Source of the DNA: Tubiluchus corallicola
Lineage: Eukaryota > Animalia > Priapulida
DNA length: 64,000 bases
Assembly (NCBI GenBank): GCA_030141605.1
Contig: JAQGDQ010000013.1
Location: 1,130,447 to 1,194,446 of the forward strand
Direction: 5' to 3'
Position 1 is the stretch's first letter; each line of letters begins with the position of its first letter. Below, piece by piece: positions 62,720 to 64,000 of the stretch. The notes under the pieces are model-generated. The model was not told the origin of the DNA. It was given only the letters and a program-made list of their open reading frames with translations, and searched no databases. Made by a program: the position numbers and the translations under genes.

Positions 62720-62875
62720 AAATAAGTTATCAAAAGACCTTAAGAGACAAGAAGACCATAAAAAGATGAACACGAGAGAGCGAATCAGAATGGCGTGGTC
62801 TGAACAACCATTGGATGGAAATAGACAGAGGTGTTGCCTCTACCGATGTATTATACGGAGAATAAGGAGGAGCAA
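62720..62875 (+). mobile_element. Decayed RTE-like LINE 3' end
   Basis: Translation ...TRERIRMAWSEQPLDGNRQRCC... and terminal ggagaataaggagga resemble RTE ORF ends. Confidence 0.35.
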
Positions 62876-64000
62876 TAGAGTTGCACGTTTTCCTTTCGTC
62901 TTGTCTGTCTTTTCTTATTAGGTCAAGGAATTTATTAGCAGAGGGATATAACAAGTTCTTGTCAGATCTTGTTCTGGCCTGGTGTAACTATCTTCTACTT
63001 TAAGTTAAATAACCTTGCACTAGCAATGACAATCAAACCTCACGCTTACAAGTTTAGCAATGTTATCGTTATCATTAGCATAATAATTATTTATTGTTAC
63101 TTTTCTTCTCGTTATTGTTAAGTCGTTTACATTACATTCATTGTCCATATAAAATCTAGATACCATTGCATAAAGAGGTCCTACTTTGCGTAACATCACT
63201 TCTTTCTTAGCGGTATTTTCACATCTGGCGAGACGAATGACGTAATTGTTATAGGGTATATTTCTTAACGCGTGAGTATAGCATATAGCTTTCAGTAACC
63301 GTTAATCATTCATGGCTAAGGTATTGTTGGATAAGATTAGGTATTAATTACGTCATTAAACAAAGGATGCGAAACATTGAGTTCTTCACTGCAATGTATA
63401 CATACGAAAGTCACCAGAAAAAGGTGAGTTGTTTAATTTATCAGTTCATTTTATATAAAATGAATTCTTTTTTTTTGTAATCATAATTATACGGTAAAAA
63501 ACTTCAGCATTTGTGGTGTTATATAGGCCTTTAACTGCTATTTGTATTGTATGCTCGAGTCACAAAATTCCTTTGTATGGTGATTTTATCTCTACTAAAT
63601 GTTTCTTTCATTATTGATTTAATCTGTTATTATTATTTGTTTGTAATGTAATGTAATTAATGGAGTTTCAATAAACAAAGATGATTATTTAGCCATCGTT
63701 TATCTAGTAACCTGTCAGAGATGTTCTCATTGAAATGTAAAATTGCGTTCATTGGAAGATGGAAGAAGAATTTATCAATACGGTGCCAGAGTTAATGCTG
63801 AAATGACTAATTTCAAACTGTAAGACATTTTTAAAATAATCATATGAACGCGCCAAACCTTTGCCTGGGTAGTGTACTGACCAATAAGGTTCAACCAAAT
63901 GGCTATCCAACGAACGACACAACTTGGTTTCAGATCACTTCTTTACTGTATGTGTTATTTTCAGTGTAGTGCTTGTATTAAAATTTCTTGCAGTTTTTCC

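Noticed and set aside
63367-63820. Possible start of another gene at the window end
   Set aside because: Donor-like sites exist, but I could not build a consistent open exon chain or recognise a motif.

Overview
AT-rich, intron-containing animal (invertebrate-like) genomic DNA. It is not prokaryotic, and there is no CRISPR array, rRNA or intact tRNA. Manual GT-AG exon chaining supports four + strand genes: (1) the last 15 exons of BAG6/BAT3 (1089-19826; 5' end outside the window); (2) a complete 9-coding-exon argininosuccinate synthase ASS1 (25692-37038, 413 aa); (3) a three-exon, 50-aa single-pass membrane microprotein (45704-46820) that the ORF track misses; (4) a single-coding-exon, 143-aa cysteine-rich protein with signal peptide and hydrophobic GPI-like tail (51726-52157). 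The rest is repeats and decayed elements: a 3.4-kb 33-bp minisatellite in a BAG6 intron with a sense AATAAA in most units, two unrelated palindromes with ~100-bp arms, a 5'-truncated RTE-clade LINE fused to a decayed intronless coding segment, Penelope, hAT, pogo/Tigger-like and foldback-like remnants, and microsatellites. All calls come from reading the sequence and from recalled family motifs; no database searches were run. I see no clear multi-gene novel system. The best novelty candidates are the two orphan membrane/secreted small proteins, the polyA-signal-bearing intronic satellite, the long hairpins and the pseudogene-LINE fusion.
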